64,000 nucleotides of DNA from Dicyema japonicum (lineage: Eukaryota; Animalia; Dicyemida): positions 344,158 to 408,157 of the forward strand of contig RDEW01000029.1 in NCBI GenBank assembly GCA_011109175.1, written 5' to 3'. Shown here one piece after another: positions 24,471 through 36,926 of this stretch. Position 1 is the first letter of the stretch. Each line of letters begins with the position of its first letter. A program made the translations under genes and the position numbers. Under the pieces are notes generated by a model that worked only from the letters and a program-made list of their open reading frames with translations, did no database searches and was not told the DNA's origin.

Positions 24471-24959
24471 GGTAAAGTGCAGTAAAAAATGTACGTCTCA
24501 TTTATAATGGAAGCGATTTGAGTCAAAAGCATTAAAGTACGGAATATTATTGAAAAAATTTAGCTGCTATGGAAACACCCAATACTACAGTCATTAGTGT
24601 TGAAACTAGTTTTGGGGTCACTAATTTGATTGGTCGTCCGTGTGAACTATCAGCTCATTCCCACGTGCACCATTCAGGGGGACTCCGGACCCATCCCAGA
24701 ACACACATATTTCAATAACAAAGTTGTTCTTAACATTAGATAGAACAAAAACTACGAGAACTTGCAAACCTCAGACACTTTTGATAACCGTCTCCATAGA
24801 TGTGACAGGAAGCATGACAAACTGATTGGACTCTGCACACACGATGAAGTATAATCTGAACCCTCATGTTATAGGAGAAGGTAAAGGCAGTTCCTACTCT
24901 GAGTTCTTCCTTAATAGGGCATTACTTGAACGGTGGGATCACTCAGTGTCCTAGAGAGC

Positions 24960-25090
24960 ATGCGCGAATTGGACATATCAAAGATGCCTTTTACAGGAGA
25001 AATGGAATAAACATTCAATACAACTAACATAATTCTCACAAATTAACATTTCTAAAAATTTTTACACTTGTGGACAGCGTCATCCTCTAC
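24960..25090 (-). other. Degenerate PHD-finger-like coding remnant (possibly CR1/L2 ORF1)
   Basis: HKCKK...SCIECLFHFSC spacing; surrounding frames are full of stops. Confidence 0.25.
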
Positions 25091-25503
25091 ACTTGTTCCT
25101 GCCGCAGCGAGCTCCTTTAGTTCATTAAAGTCTCCTCCTTGAAAAGCCTGACATTCTCTTGGATGACCCCGTACAGGACCATCGGTAAAGTAGTCCTCAT
25201 TTTTGCGGGATCGAGGAGAAGTACCCCATGTAGTGACAAATGCATCGGGTAGTTAAAAATCAATTATCTTATGATAACAAATAAGAAATATTCAGTAAAC
25301 TGGGTGGTTAGAATTTGTCGTCCATGTTACATTGGTCTTTGGTTTGATCCCCAATGGTTACTTGGTTAAAGGTTTTCACGTTTTTTGTGATCCAAAATCT
25401 CATTAAACGGCCAGTGTCAGAACGGAATCAAAATGGTAATTTGCTCTTTGACAGGAATTTTCTTTGGGACTTTCCCACTAATGTGAATCTGTATATACTA
25501 GAC

Positions 25504-26384
25504 CAGAGCTTTTCAAAAAATAATTCTCGCGGCACACTAATCGTAAAAAAAATAATCCACGGCACACATTAAAAAATAAAAAATTAAATTTTTAAGATGT
25601 GTAAAAAAACTAAGTACAAAAATTGGTAATTTAATGCCCAAATTTTTATTAATAAAAATGAAATCTTAATTATAATTGTTTTTGCATACATTCTCCGACA
25701 AAGATATCTTCATTATTTTTTGTTCATATTTATGACTAAACATAATCCGAGCAATAATACGACAAGCAGGGATTATCAAGTTTTCGCCAATAGTGTGAGG
25801 TTTTAGTTGTTTTGTTATCAATCCTGATATCAGGTATGAACATTTCAGTGATTCCTTTGTGTTTACTAAAGTTTCACTGAACATCATTTGACTAGATCTA
25901 CGATTCATAGTAAAAACTAAATAATAGTTGTGTTGTTTTTTCAAATGGATAAAATAATCCACAGATTTTTCGGAATAGTCCGGATGCTTGGAAGTAAAAT
26001 ATCTCTTTAGTTTGCTAAAAACCATAGCATCATTTGCAAAGACTCTCATGCAAATTAGACATTGAGGTAGTTTATTTTTATCTTTGCATATAAATCCAAA
26101 TGACAAAAAAGAATCTTTATAAAAACGACGAACTGATCCATAAGCACGTTGATGCGCACGTTATTAAAAAATTAATAAATAATGGTTAACCAATGTAAAT
26201 GTCATTAATAATAAAAAAAATGATTATTTAATTTTAGTAATTATTTTAATTTGTTTATCTTTTTAAATTAATTAGGTCAAAAAATGCATATAAATTTATT
26301 CAAATTTTTATTTGGCAGGCGGCACACTAGAAATTGTCTCGCGGCACACTTAGTGTGCCACGGCACACCGTTTGACAACCTCTG
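25504..26384 (-). mobile_element. Non-autonomous Buster-type hAT element with perfect 8-bp TSD
   Basis: TACTAGAC at 25496-25503 and 26385-26392; CAGAG termini; CGGCACAC subterminal repeats; transposase N-terminus ORF 25666-26106 (LPQCLIC, LKRYFTSKHP, KPHTIGENLI). Confidence 0.9.
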
Positions 26385-26486
26385 TACTAGACCAATGGTT
26401 TTCAATCTTTTTTTACTCGCCCCTGCGAGTTTTTTTTGCCCTTTATTTCACAAGTCAAAAATTATTACCACGTATAGAAAGAGGGT

Positions 26487-28541
26487 TTACGTGGAGTTGA
26501 ACCCAGTGGCACCCCCTCGACTGACCTCGGGAAGATCTTGGATATTCTAAAACTGTCGGCGATAGAGACTGTTGGATACCAGGAAAAAGACCAAAATAGA
26601 CGAATGATTCATGACCCCTTAATTCGAGAATTGTCTGAGCAGCAGAAAGAAATACGTTCGAAACTGGGAAGTTCAAATTCGAATAAATGTGCATTAAGGA
26701 GAAAACGCAATCAAATATCGCATCTGATAAGAAGACGATCAAAAATCCTTTGGCACAAATATTTGGACGATAAAGCAACTGAAATCGAAAACTGTCAGTA
26801 TGGAAGACGAATGTTCTCTGCTGTTAGAACTTACACGAGGAACTGCAAAGAAACCACTGAAAGTCTGTGACGACAAGGTCAATATCTTTAAATCCCTGAG
26901 GATAAAACAAATTATATTGCTAGACACTTCGAGTCGTTGTTTAAATCTGAAGGGATGAATGTACCTAAATTTATTGGATATCCGAGACCCCTTACAAACA
27001 AAATTACAATAAAGGAAGTAACCGATGCATTTATGCATCTAAAGGGAAATCGGTCGGCTGGTTATGATGGCATTCCGGGTGAGATGCTAAAACATGCCCC
27101 GGTTACTGTTGGGAATATAATCACGAATATCTTAAATGAGTCGATGGAACTTCACTGTCCACTTCCTTTGGGACATGGAGTCTTAATTCCAATACATAAA
27201 CCTGGGAAAAAAGAAGGGTCGTTGGACGGACTAAGACCTATTATTCTATTGTCAGTTATCAGGAAAACCTTATCGATCATAGTGCTTAACCGTATACGAG
27301 AGCCAGTGGAAAAATACCTTTCCCTAAGTCAAAGTGGGTTTAGAAGTGGAAGATCAACCTCAGATATTGTGTGGAGTCATCGATGGCTCACATCAATATG
27401 TCAAAAATACACGAAAGTAATCTACATCCTAGGAATTGATCTAACGAAGGCTTTTGACAGCATCAATAGAGAAAAACTCATGATTGTTCTAAAGGAACTG
27501 CTTGACGAGGACTGCCTGAGACTAATAAGTTTATTACTTTCCGAAACTGACCTATCCGTGAGAATAGGAACAAAGCATTCGAAGAGTTTCAGTACCAACA
27601 TGGGCACTCCACAAGGAGATTCCTTGTCCCCAATTATATTTATTGTTTACCTCGAAGCTGCGCTCAAGGAATTGAGAAATGTCATGGGTCCTAAATACCG
27701 GGACATAACAGAGTTAATTTATGCGGATGATGTAGACTTTGTGTCTACCGACCAAGAAATACTTGACCAAATTTTACTTCAAGCCGAACGTATTTTTAAG
27801 AATTGGGATTTACGCATAAACATTAAAAAAACTGATTATACACGAGTCGAACGAGCAGAATCAAGGAACGATGAGTGCTGGAGACATACCAAAAAACTCG
27901 GCTCACTGCTAGGTGATGCTGAGGATATTTGTCGAAGGAAAATGCTGGCTACCATATACTTCAAAAAAATGTACCAAATTTGGATAAGGAAAAAACATGT
28001 ATCACTGAAACTTCGTGTCAGACTATACGACACGTTTGTTAAACCAATTTTGCTATACAATTCCGGAACATGGGCATGTTCTAAAATTGATTTAGAGAAG
28101 CTAGATACTTTTCACAGGAACCAACTCCGCATGTTGATTGGAATTTTTTGGCCGAGAAAAATCTCAAATGAAAATCTATTTTCACGATGTAAATCTAGAC
28201 CACTCAGCACCGATGTTATTTTATCGAGATGGCGACTATTTGGACATATCCTCAGACTGGACCCGACTACGCCATGTAACAGAATAATGGAAGAATACTT
28301 CTACCACGCCGGAAGTCGCAGATTTCAAGGCAGACCAAGAAACACACTTCCGACCTGCTTAAAAGATGACTACGAACAAAATAGTCGTAAATTGGTGACA
28401 GCGGACGATCTGGATAATGTTCGAATGAGGGCCAGGAACAAGGTGGCGTGGGCGAGGATGGCAAGGAGGATGGCTGCAAAACATGGCTCAAGCGAACCCC
28501 TTTTAGGGCCACGCGAAAGAGCTCTTAACTAACTAACTAAC
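26487..28541 (+). mobile_element. RTE-clade LINE, 5'-truncated, recent
   Basis: TSD TAGAAAGAGGGT (26475-26486 and 28542-28553), (TAAC)n tail, and uninterrupted RT ORF. Confidence 0.95.
26937..28532 (+). CDS. Reverse transcriptase of the RTE element (531 aa, no APE domain)
   Basis: QSGFRSGRST, DLTKAFDS, GTPQGDSLSP, YADD, KKLGSLL, RWRLFGHILR, GRPR. Confidence 0.9.
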   Translation: MFKSEGMNVPKFIGYPRPLTNKITIKEVTDAFMHLKGNRSAGYDGIPGEMLKHAPVTVGNIITNILNESMELHCPLPLGHGVLIPIHKPGKKEGSLDGLRPIILLSVIRKTLSIIVLNRIREPVEKYLSLSQSGFRSGRSTSDIVWSHRWLTSICQKYTKVIYILGIDLTKAFDSINREKLMIVLKELLDEDCLRLISLLLSETDLSVRIGTKHSKSFSTNMGTPQGDSLSPIIFIVYLEAALKELRNVMGPKYRDITELIYADDVDFVSTDQEILDQILLQAERIFKNWDLRINIKKTDYTRVERAESRNDECWRHTKKLGSLLGDAEDICRRKMLATIYFKKMYQIWIRKKHVSLKLRVRLYDTFVKPILLYNSGTWACSKIDLEKLDTFHRNQLRMLIGIFWPRKISNENLFSRCKSRPLSTDVILSRWRLFGHILRLDPTTPCNRIMEEYFYHAGSRRFQGRPRNTLPTCLKDDYEQNSRKLVTADDLDNVRMRARNKVAWARMARRMAAKHGSSEPLLGPRERALN

Positions 28542-28649
28542 TAGAAAGAGGGTAAAACTGCGAAAGAATCCAGGCCTCATGGCAGAATTTTTAATAACGT
28601 AATTTCCCATAACTATCGCTATGTCTTGGTATTTAATAAAAATTTTTGA

Positions 28650-28815
28650 TGTGTGGCATAGTGGTTAGGTGTTGGCTAAAAGTGGCTTAGGTCACGGGTT
28701 CGATTCTCGCTGTTGTTCACCTGGTGGAAGGTTCCACGCATCTACGATGCTAAAAGGGCTTGACGAGTGACGCCGTCATCAGTGGAGATTCACTGCGGAA
28801 CTAGATTGTCTAGAA
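28650..28815 (+). mobile_element. SINE family 1 5' half with tRNA-derived head (3' half at 31543-31710)
   Basis: A box TGGCATAGTGG and B box GGTTCGATTC; the body resumes after the hAT insertion. Confidence 0.75.
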
Positions 28816-31542
28816 CAGTGGTTCCCAAACTTATTCAGGTCATCGCCCCCTTTAACAAACTTTTAAAAAATATCGCCCACCAGGAAAACCTATATGGTAA
28901 CGAGTTGGAAATAAAAAAATTTAATAATTAATGTGAACAGTGATGTTGCAAAAAGTTAGAGACAAGTTTCTCAATATTTGGGTTCATGTTTGTAAGCCTA
29001 GTTCGTAGATCTCCTCTTCCAACAATGTTCAAGTGGTTTCTCCTTTGGCAATTAGCTGTGATACAACACTGAAGCTTCTCTCATCCAAATAAGAAGTGGG
29101 GAAAGCAATAAAAACAATTTTGATTTTTTCCATAATTGGATATTTTTCAGGAATATCTTTTTGTAACCAAAAATCTTGATACGACCGGTTTTTAAAAGTG
29201 GGTTTAATTTCAAAATCGTTTTTTAACATAATTAGTTCCCCTTGACAAGATTCAACGTCATCTACATTCTGAAAAGGGTCTTTTACCCAATCTGGAACTT
29301 TGAGTTCACATAAATCTTTGAAACGTCCCTTCATATCTTGTTCAAGAGTGATCAAATGTTCAATATAAATTTCGAAATCATCTTCAGAAAAAAAGTCTTA
29401 AGACTGTTGAAGACGTGGAAATTGGATTAATTATTTCCTGCCAAGAAATATTTTAACGAAACAACGAGTCACAAGTAATTAATTAATTAGCTAATCTCCT
29501 CTTCTTGGGGCCAACGTCAATTGTCAGTATAGGTGTGTTTTTGTTGTCGCACAACCCACATTCCGAGACTCCCCTAGGTCGACATTCCTTATCAGCTTCC
29601 TCCTCATCAGGTATCGATACTCCATGTCTATCTTCAGCTTGCATTGCTCTCCAACGTCTTTCTCAATACTAACGTTTGGATGTACGCTTTCACCCTTTCC
29701 TCCAGTTTGAGGGCATCCAGATGGCCCTTGAAGAATCTCGAAACAATCCCATCCCAGGTAATGACTACAGGGATTATTTTTACCTTTGCGCGATGAATAC
29801 ATCCGAGTTCGTTCGCCAGTAAGTCATACTTATGGAACTTTTCCACCTCGACTTGCTGAGGGCAGTTTTGGGACGTGATCCCAATTTCAACGAGAGTAAT
29901 CGTATTACGCACCTTATCATGAACGAAAATATCGGGTTTGTTATTTTGTACAGCCGTATCTGTACTAATCGTTGTGTCTACACGAATCTCCACAAATTCA
30001 TTTTAGACAACAGATTGGACTGAGTGGGTCTTCAGTTTCTTAGTTTTTCTTATTCCATATTGACGGCAGAGGTGTAAGTGAATACATCTGACCACCTCGT
30101 AATTAATTTAAAAAATGATACCTTGATTAAATTAATATCAGCAAATTGTAATTTCACGTTATGTTCATTAAATTTAGCAAAAATATCTGCTAAGTAAGCC
30201 ACATCATGTTTAACGAATTCTAGTTCCGGGCCAATTTGAATGTTTAAAAATTTGAGAAATTCTACAATAGTGCTGAAAAAAAAGAAAATCCGCGCCAAAC
30301 AGTCGCCCTTTGATAACCACTGTACTTCAGTATGTATTAATAGTCATATAAAATCTTTATCATTTTAATACATAGGTCTCGTAAAAAACGTGAATTTAAA
30401 GAGTTGGGTTTAATTTTGTTAATAGCAGATATTATTGAGAGAGTCATGTAGACGACCGTTTGTATTTTAGCAACCAGATGCTGTCGATGGATCACACAAT
30501 GTCAATACATTTAATACTTATTGATTTAATTATAAACCCGCGATAGCGACCAATCATTGAAGGTGCCCCATCAGTTGCACATGCAACTATATTTGTTAAT
30601 GGTATATCTTTAAGGCAGAGAAATGGATTTTGTCGAACATTGATTTCCCATTTGTATCAGTTTCAAGCTTTAGAGCAAATAGTAATTCCTGCATAATTCG
30701 ACCATCCTTGACAAAACGTACATATTCAAGCAATAATGAGTCATTTCCATGAAGTATTGACGCATCTAATTGTAGACTGAATTCCGTGTTTTTCAGTATT
30801 AAACAAAGATCGTTTTCCGCATCGAAAGCCATATCATCAAAACGTGTCTGCATCGTATTGTTGCTAAGCGAAATCGACTCAATAATATTCTGGGAAGGTT
30901 GGTGCATTACTGTTTTCAGTACTTCATGAATTGATGATATTATCAGTTCCTTCCCATTTGTGTGCGGTTTCCCCGACATGGCGAAAAAAAAAGTAAGTAA
31001 AGCGATGTTATATGATGCAACAACGCCATCATCACTACGTTTATTATTACTGGAGAATATTTTCTCCAGGCTTCGTTGATTTTTTTGTTTCCCCCGAAAC
31101 TTTTGGAAAAACGTCAGCGGCTGGTTGGAATTATTTGGATGGACTTATATTTTGATAAAATATAAGAACCCTTCGAAAATGGTGAGTTGATTTAGAACGC
31201 TTCATAGCCTCGTTAGAAAATGACTCTGAGCATAATAAACAGAAAGGTCGTCTTTCACCATTTGGAAATGCGATGAAACCATATTTTAATATTGTTGACC
31301 AATTTTTTTGCTTAGTGTCTCTTGCTCAATTGTTGAATAATACAAATGCACCGCAAATCACGCTAGAGTCAATTTAAAATTACAGGTTCACCATACTGAA
31401 ATTCTATTATATTAATTAGATGTATGATATAAATTTTACGAATAATTTATTATCCTCCCCTTGAAATTAAAATCGCCCCGATAAACGGTTTACTCATAAA
31501 CGCCCCCTTTGAATTTTTTATCGCCCACTTTAGGAAACCCTG
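28816..31542 (-). mobile_element. Buster-type hAT transposon inserted in the SINE, decayed
   Basis: TSD GTCTAGAA/GTCTAGAT; ends CAGTGGTTCCCAAA / TTTAGGAAACCCTG; transposase pieces KPHTNGKELI, FSLQLDAS, AYLADIF, FPTSYLDERSFS. Confidence 0.85.
29475..30045 (-). mobile_element. R4/Dong-type LINE 3' fragment nested in the hAT
   Basis: EIRVDTTISTD..NNKPDIFVHDK..EIGITSQ..KYDLLANEL; (TAAT)n tail. Confidence 0.85.
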
Positions 31543-31859
31543 GTCTAGATGGACACACATCTAAGAAAAAGAAAACAAAAAGTGAAGAGCATTCCTTCGT
31601 TCTCCCTCTACGATTAGTTATAATAACTGTTCTTTGCTTAAAATAAAGTGTGTGTTCTGCCTGTGGGGAGCTATAACTAAAATGGCTCTTCGGAATGTGC
31701 AAACATTTGATTGTTGATGTTGTTGTTTATTACCACGTACAGATATTATTTTAAATATATTTTTTATTTAAAATCAAAGTGTTAATGAGATCCCTATAGT
31801 TGATGAGTATTCACAAGATTCTCTAAATTTGCCTTTCTTTTCGTAAGTAATTTTTATCT

Positions 31860-32681
31860 CTGCTCTTGGACATTAATTTTGTTTTGTTTTTTTCCCGATG
31901 ACATTTTTGAGAGTGCTAAATCCTCTTTCTACGACAATATGAAGTAAGAAAATATAAAATGATTGGAATCACTTTCTCTTTAATTGCGGGACTTTTATCT
32001 TCATTAATATAGATCCCCAGAACTGTGAAAGGTTTTCACTCTTGAATTTGATTAATAAACTCTGTTATCTAATGGGGATTACCTACAAATTAAAATAAAT
32101 AACCAGTTTTTCAATTATCTCCGCAACTTTGTATAAATAAAATAGTCTAGAAACATTTTGAAATATACTTTTATTAAACAGAAAAGTTAAATTGTTTTTA
32201 TTTTTATAATTCTTTTTTAATTTAAAAAATTTTCTGTTTTTTTCCAATTGAGTTGGGATGTTTACGGTTTAAATGTTTGATTAAGCGCGATGGTTTCATT
32301 GCCTCATTGGAAAACACTGTACCGCATTGCAAACAAGCGGTTTATGAGGATCCTGAGGATTTTTAAAGAAATATATTCCTCTTTATAGGTTCTAATTTTT
32401 TTAAACAAGACTCATCACGAAGTATTAGAAATCACGCTAATAATAATAATAACACCAGAGACCACGGTTACACAAACTAACTAAACACGTGATCCCAGCA
32501 CGCTAATAATTTTAAACGAAATATAATATAAATTTTATAGTTTAATATAATATGATATAAGCCTCGTTTATTTATCCGTCTTTAATTTTTCACATGACTC
32601 CTCGAGGATCATCGCCCCCCCCCCCCCCTGATCAGAAAAATCTCCCAAAAAAGGCAATTCGCCCCTCGTTGAGAACCACTG
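31860..32681. mobile_element. hAT debris (dimerisation-domain remnant and a MITE right end)
   Basis: Minus-strand VERGFSTLKNVI; terminus GTTGAGAACCACTG at 32681 followed by TATTAGAC. Confidence 0.45.
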
Positions 32682-33507
32682 TATTAGACAGTGATGCTTC
32701 ATAACTCGTGCCCAAGAACGAACGCTTCGCTTTACTTAACGACAAAGACCCTCTTTCCATTGCACTCTGGGTCTTTCAAAACCTGTGGTCTTCATACTAT
32801 GTTAGTTACTTTCATAATTCCCTCACTTTTCCGGAGATATTGAAAATAGTTATATTTTCTTCCGATAATAATGAATTCGGTACATTGCCATAAGACAACC
32901 ATTAAAGACAAAATATCTCTTATCAGTGCATCTCTGGTTACTATAGTAACTCAGTTTAATTATATTTTATTAGTTACGACTAGTCATGATTATTGTTAGC
33001 GAATTTAGATAAAAATATTATTTTTAGAACAAGTAGCGAACATTTTCCTCTTTGATTTAAATTTATTCAACTATATATTTACTCCCAGTCCCTTCAGGCA
33101 AAGGAAAACAATAGTTAACATGAAAGTATCAAACAAACGGATATTTTACAAGAGATCAGTCAGACGGCGTGGGGGAAGAAATCGATTGCGGACTAGAAGG
33201 GGTGGTTTCTAGAAGCTAGAAGGGGAACAAAAATAAAACTGGTTCTTCTCATTTAATCTCGTGAAACTCTCGACAAGAACTTTCCGAGGAAGGAGAGATC
33301 GCTTCCATCAATTTTAGGCAGTAGACGTCCCAGAAGTTTGTTGACGCCAAGGCTTTTAGTGGCATTGCGGGCTCAGCTTCCGGAATGGTTCTTGTGAACT
33401 TTGTTAAAGAGGGTAGGTATGATCCCCGACAGTAAGCTACAACTAATGTCAAATATAATTTAAAAAATCGAAAATTTTTAAAATTAAAATAGGAAAATTA
33501 AATATAA

Positions 33508-35012
33508 TTAATTCGATCTAAATAATCTCAGAAGAGGCATTTGAAGGTTTGCCACAAGGCTCTCAATGTTGTCCCACATCTCGTTGTGACCCTTAACAGT
33601 AGTAAACAAGAATCAACGTCAAAAAATAATCTCCCACTGTTGTGTTTTCTAATCAAGTAATGTGCTACTGTTTGGTGATGTCCACACTGAAGGACCGACA
33701 TAACCAAACATTCCTTCCACGTGTTTGATCTCCTGATTACGAAACAACCCACTCCACGTGTGCTCAGATGCCGTTCGGCGTCTTTTCTAGTTGGGTAACC
33801 GAATCACAATACCGGCTGAACTCAGGATGGTACCAACTAGAAAAGTCCGTGAAGGGGTCAACTGGAATCTCCCGGTCTTCAGTAAGGCTAAGCCTACGGG
33901 GGGAACTGGAAAGACTGCAAACTCCACTGTCATTTTTGAAGCCTAAAATATTCCAAAATTAAAAACTTTCGTTGTTTTTTGACTTGGAAGCGTTCGATGT
34001 ATTCTACAATCACCATCACCAGCCAAACCATTGGGACAAATATAAACGTCTCCACCAGGTCATCATCCTCTGAGCATCCTCTACGAGACTTGCTTGATTT
34101 TATGCTTTTGTGGCTTTCACATTTGGGTGAACATTCCTGAAGACAATTTTTAGACGAGCAGGAACTCTTTGGAAGAGATCCACCCGAGCTATCGTTGGTA
34201 GTAGGGAATCTCAAATTTGGAGTTACACCAGTTGATTCGGTTGAAATGACTTGTCGGGGATTCGCCCACTGCTGTCAACATAACGAGTACCTCATTCAAC
34301 GTGAAATTGTTGTTTTTCTCAAAAATTGTGCTAATTGTGTCATTTACTAGCAAAATCTTATTATAAGAGCGAAATTTTACCTCTTCCTCTTTGTCGGAGG
34401 ATAAGATGTGCGCCACGTGAGTGTTCCTCTCATTGGATATTAAGGCCAGTCTCCGTTTTTCAGGTGAACAGATGACAAATGGAATGTTTTCGAATCGTAA
34501 GTCGAGGGTAGAATTCTAGGGATTATTGAAGAGTATACTTTGATTGTTTTCCCCATAATTCTGATCCCCGAGTGAGAAATAATGAGGGACACAACATCCA
34601 TGTGAGGCATCTATAAGTTTTCAAAGTCGGCAACCTTTGAAGTCTCGAGATAAGAAATGACATTAGCAACATAATTAGTAGAAAATTTGCCGCCAAAATT
34701 CAAAGTCTTGTGGTACTTAAAAGAAAACAATTATAATAGGCATCAATTTTTATTGTCTGGGCATCTTTGATATTTGATTAATGGGCCGATAAAAGAACAC
34801 AAGGGGGATAAAAGAGCACATTACATAGAAAGCAGGGCCACCACAAAGGCGCCAGATTAGTTATAAGGAGCATAGCTGGGTACCTTTAATGAGACGGCAC
34901 CGGGACAAAAGAGAATCTTTAATCGCTGTTTTTCTGTTTTTGGAGATGAGCTGAGTTTGAAGGTGTCCTCTTTTGAAGAAACTGAATCTTGGGTCAACAA
35001 ACCGATAGACAT
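33508..35012 (-). CDS. PTB + SH2 adaptor protein (SHC/SH2D5-like)
   Basis: PTB-like FKYHKTL..VVSLIISHSGIRI..HVAHIL..VNDTISTIFE; SH2 SSWYHPEFSR/KDAERHLSTRGVGCFVIRRS..LVMSV..VAHYLI..DNIESLVANL across micro-introns (e.g. 26 nt). Not every junction resolved. Confidence 0.75.
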
Positions 35013-35434
35013 AAAATTCACCGGTCTTGATTATCGGCATAATATATTATTTTTTGACGGCTACGATCATCGATTTTGCGATATTTGTTACTAATATGAG
35101 AAATTTAACATATTTGATAGATTTTATTTAAAGAACAGATCAGTTATAATTTAAAAGCACGTGGGCACTTGAATCTCATACTAAATGACTAAAACCTGAA
35201 ATAAAATTTTAAAATATTATATTGTTAGAAAATTGTTATTTATGGCTAAAATAACATTTTAAATTAAATTTCGTTTATTTAAAAATTAATTTTAATTTCA
35301 AATCGACTTTATTTTTAAAATCAATTTGTTGGTACTTTAATTGTCTTAATTTTGAATCAAATTCTCAAATATTGTCTAACAAATATTGTCTTAAAATTGC
35401 TTAAAAATTAAAATCACTTAGATCTAACAAAAAT

Positions 35435-35807
35435 GTTCTGGTTCTCTTAGAAATTTCTCTCAGGAGACTAGTTTCATATGTTGAAGCGAATGATTTGAGG
35501 ATTTGTGCTTATTCTGGTGCAAACTATTCTCAAACTTTGTTACTAACTTGAGTGTAGTCAATAATGGTAATCATGACTGGCGCTGTGGGATGAACCAAAC
35601 GCTAGGCTTAGGTACTTGACTAGGCGCACCAGGATAACATAAAAAGTATCAGTTGATTATGACAACAGGAAGGTGGCCTTAGTAGTTAGAAGCCTCAAAG
35701 GAGTGTCCAATAACTCACCAGTCGAATTAACTGGCCTTGAAAATGGCTGGCGCTGTAGTCGGGCCGTTGGTATAATGTAAGCCTGAATTGCTTAAGATAT
35801 GCCACAA
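35435..35807 (+). rRNA. 28S (LSU) rRNA relic, part 1
   Basis: Colinear eukaryotic LSU blocks: AAGCGAATGATT.GAGG, CTATTCTCAAACTTT, ACTGGCGCTG.GGGATGAACC.AACG, AACTCACC.G.CGAAT.AACT.GCC.TGAAAATGG.TGGCGCT. Confidence 0.9.
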
Positions 35808-36926
35808 CTATACCATTTTCAGGTTAATTCTGACATTTTTTATATCAATTTTGACAATGCGATATCCTATTATGACATTTTTATATCAATTTTGACTTCG
35901 CTTATCATAGTTGATCCAAATACGATTTGTGATTTATTTCTTGATTCGTTGTTCTTGTACCAATTTTTGTGTCAAGAAAAAATTCAAGAATATCAGAAGC
36001 TACGAGAAGAGCACTTATAAATAAGGATGAAGAGGGTGGCGATTATATACAACTTGCTCGAGATCCAATTAATTACCTACAAAATGCTGCGAAGAGAACC
36101 AATTTCCAGGAATAGTCTGGAAAATATAGAAAAAAGAAAAATATTTGCATTGGATTATCAACGTAATACAAATAGAAAAATACATTTGGACGAAACAAAT
36201 TTCAATCTCTTTACATTAAAAAAATTCGGCCGATCCCATAATCACGTGCGATAGTTCCAGTAAGGGCAAGCAAAGGAGTGAATCTCAACGTTATTTTAGC
36301 AATTGATGACAATGGAACAATTGTGAGAATTGAATCACACATTGGATCTATAAAATCGAAATTTATCAATTTTATGACGGCATTATCTGACAGTTTAGCT
36401 GGAGAGGAACTTATTTATATGGATAATGCTCCAATCCATAAAAAAGGAAACTTTGAAGGTATACGAGTAGAACATATATACGAAGATTTGATGCACAATA
36501 TTCTCCTCAACTTAATCTATGCGAAGGCTGTTTTTCCATTCTTAAGGCTGAGATAAAGAAGTATTTATCACAACGATCCCCATAAAGATGTTATTGCAGC
36601 AGGAAATGGAACTCTGACCGAATTTCGAGCTCAATTACTATAAAATGCTTTGGACTATTCTATAACACATCTAACGCGGGAGAAAATACGACATTTAAAA
36701 GGAATGTTGAAAAAATAAATAGAAATTGTACGCTTGGGATTCCATTATATGATTAAGTTGTTAATTAATTTTATTGTCAAAGATGTATATTGCAATGATA
36801 AAATATATTTAAAAAATGTTAAAATTGAATATCGCATTGTTAAAATTGATGCAAAAATGTCAAAATAGAATATCGCATAATCAAAATAGATATAAAAATG
36901 TCAGAATTGAACTGAAAATGGTGTAG
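35808..36926 (+). mobile_element. IS630/Tc1-mariner DNA transposon with IR/DR ends, inserted in the 28S relic
   Basis: TIR CTA(T/C)ACCATTTTCAG..AATTCTGACATTTTT with internal direct repeats; TA at 36927 (left TA mutated to AA); LDETNF, MDNAPIH, YSPQLNLCE triad in shifted frames. Confidence 0.9.

Noticed and set aside
28650-28715. Functional tRNA gene
   Set aside because: A and B boxes are present but there is no acceptor or anticodon stem pairing, and it continues into a repeated body, so it is a SINE head.
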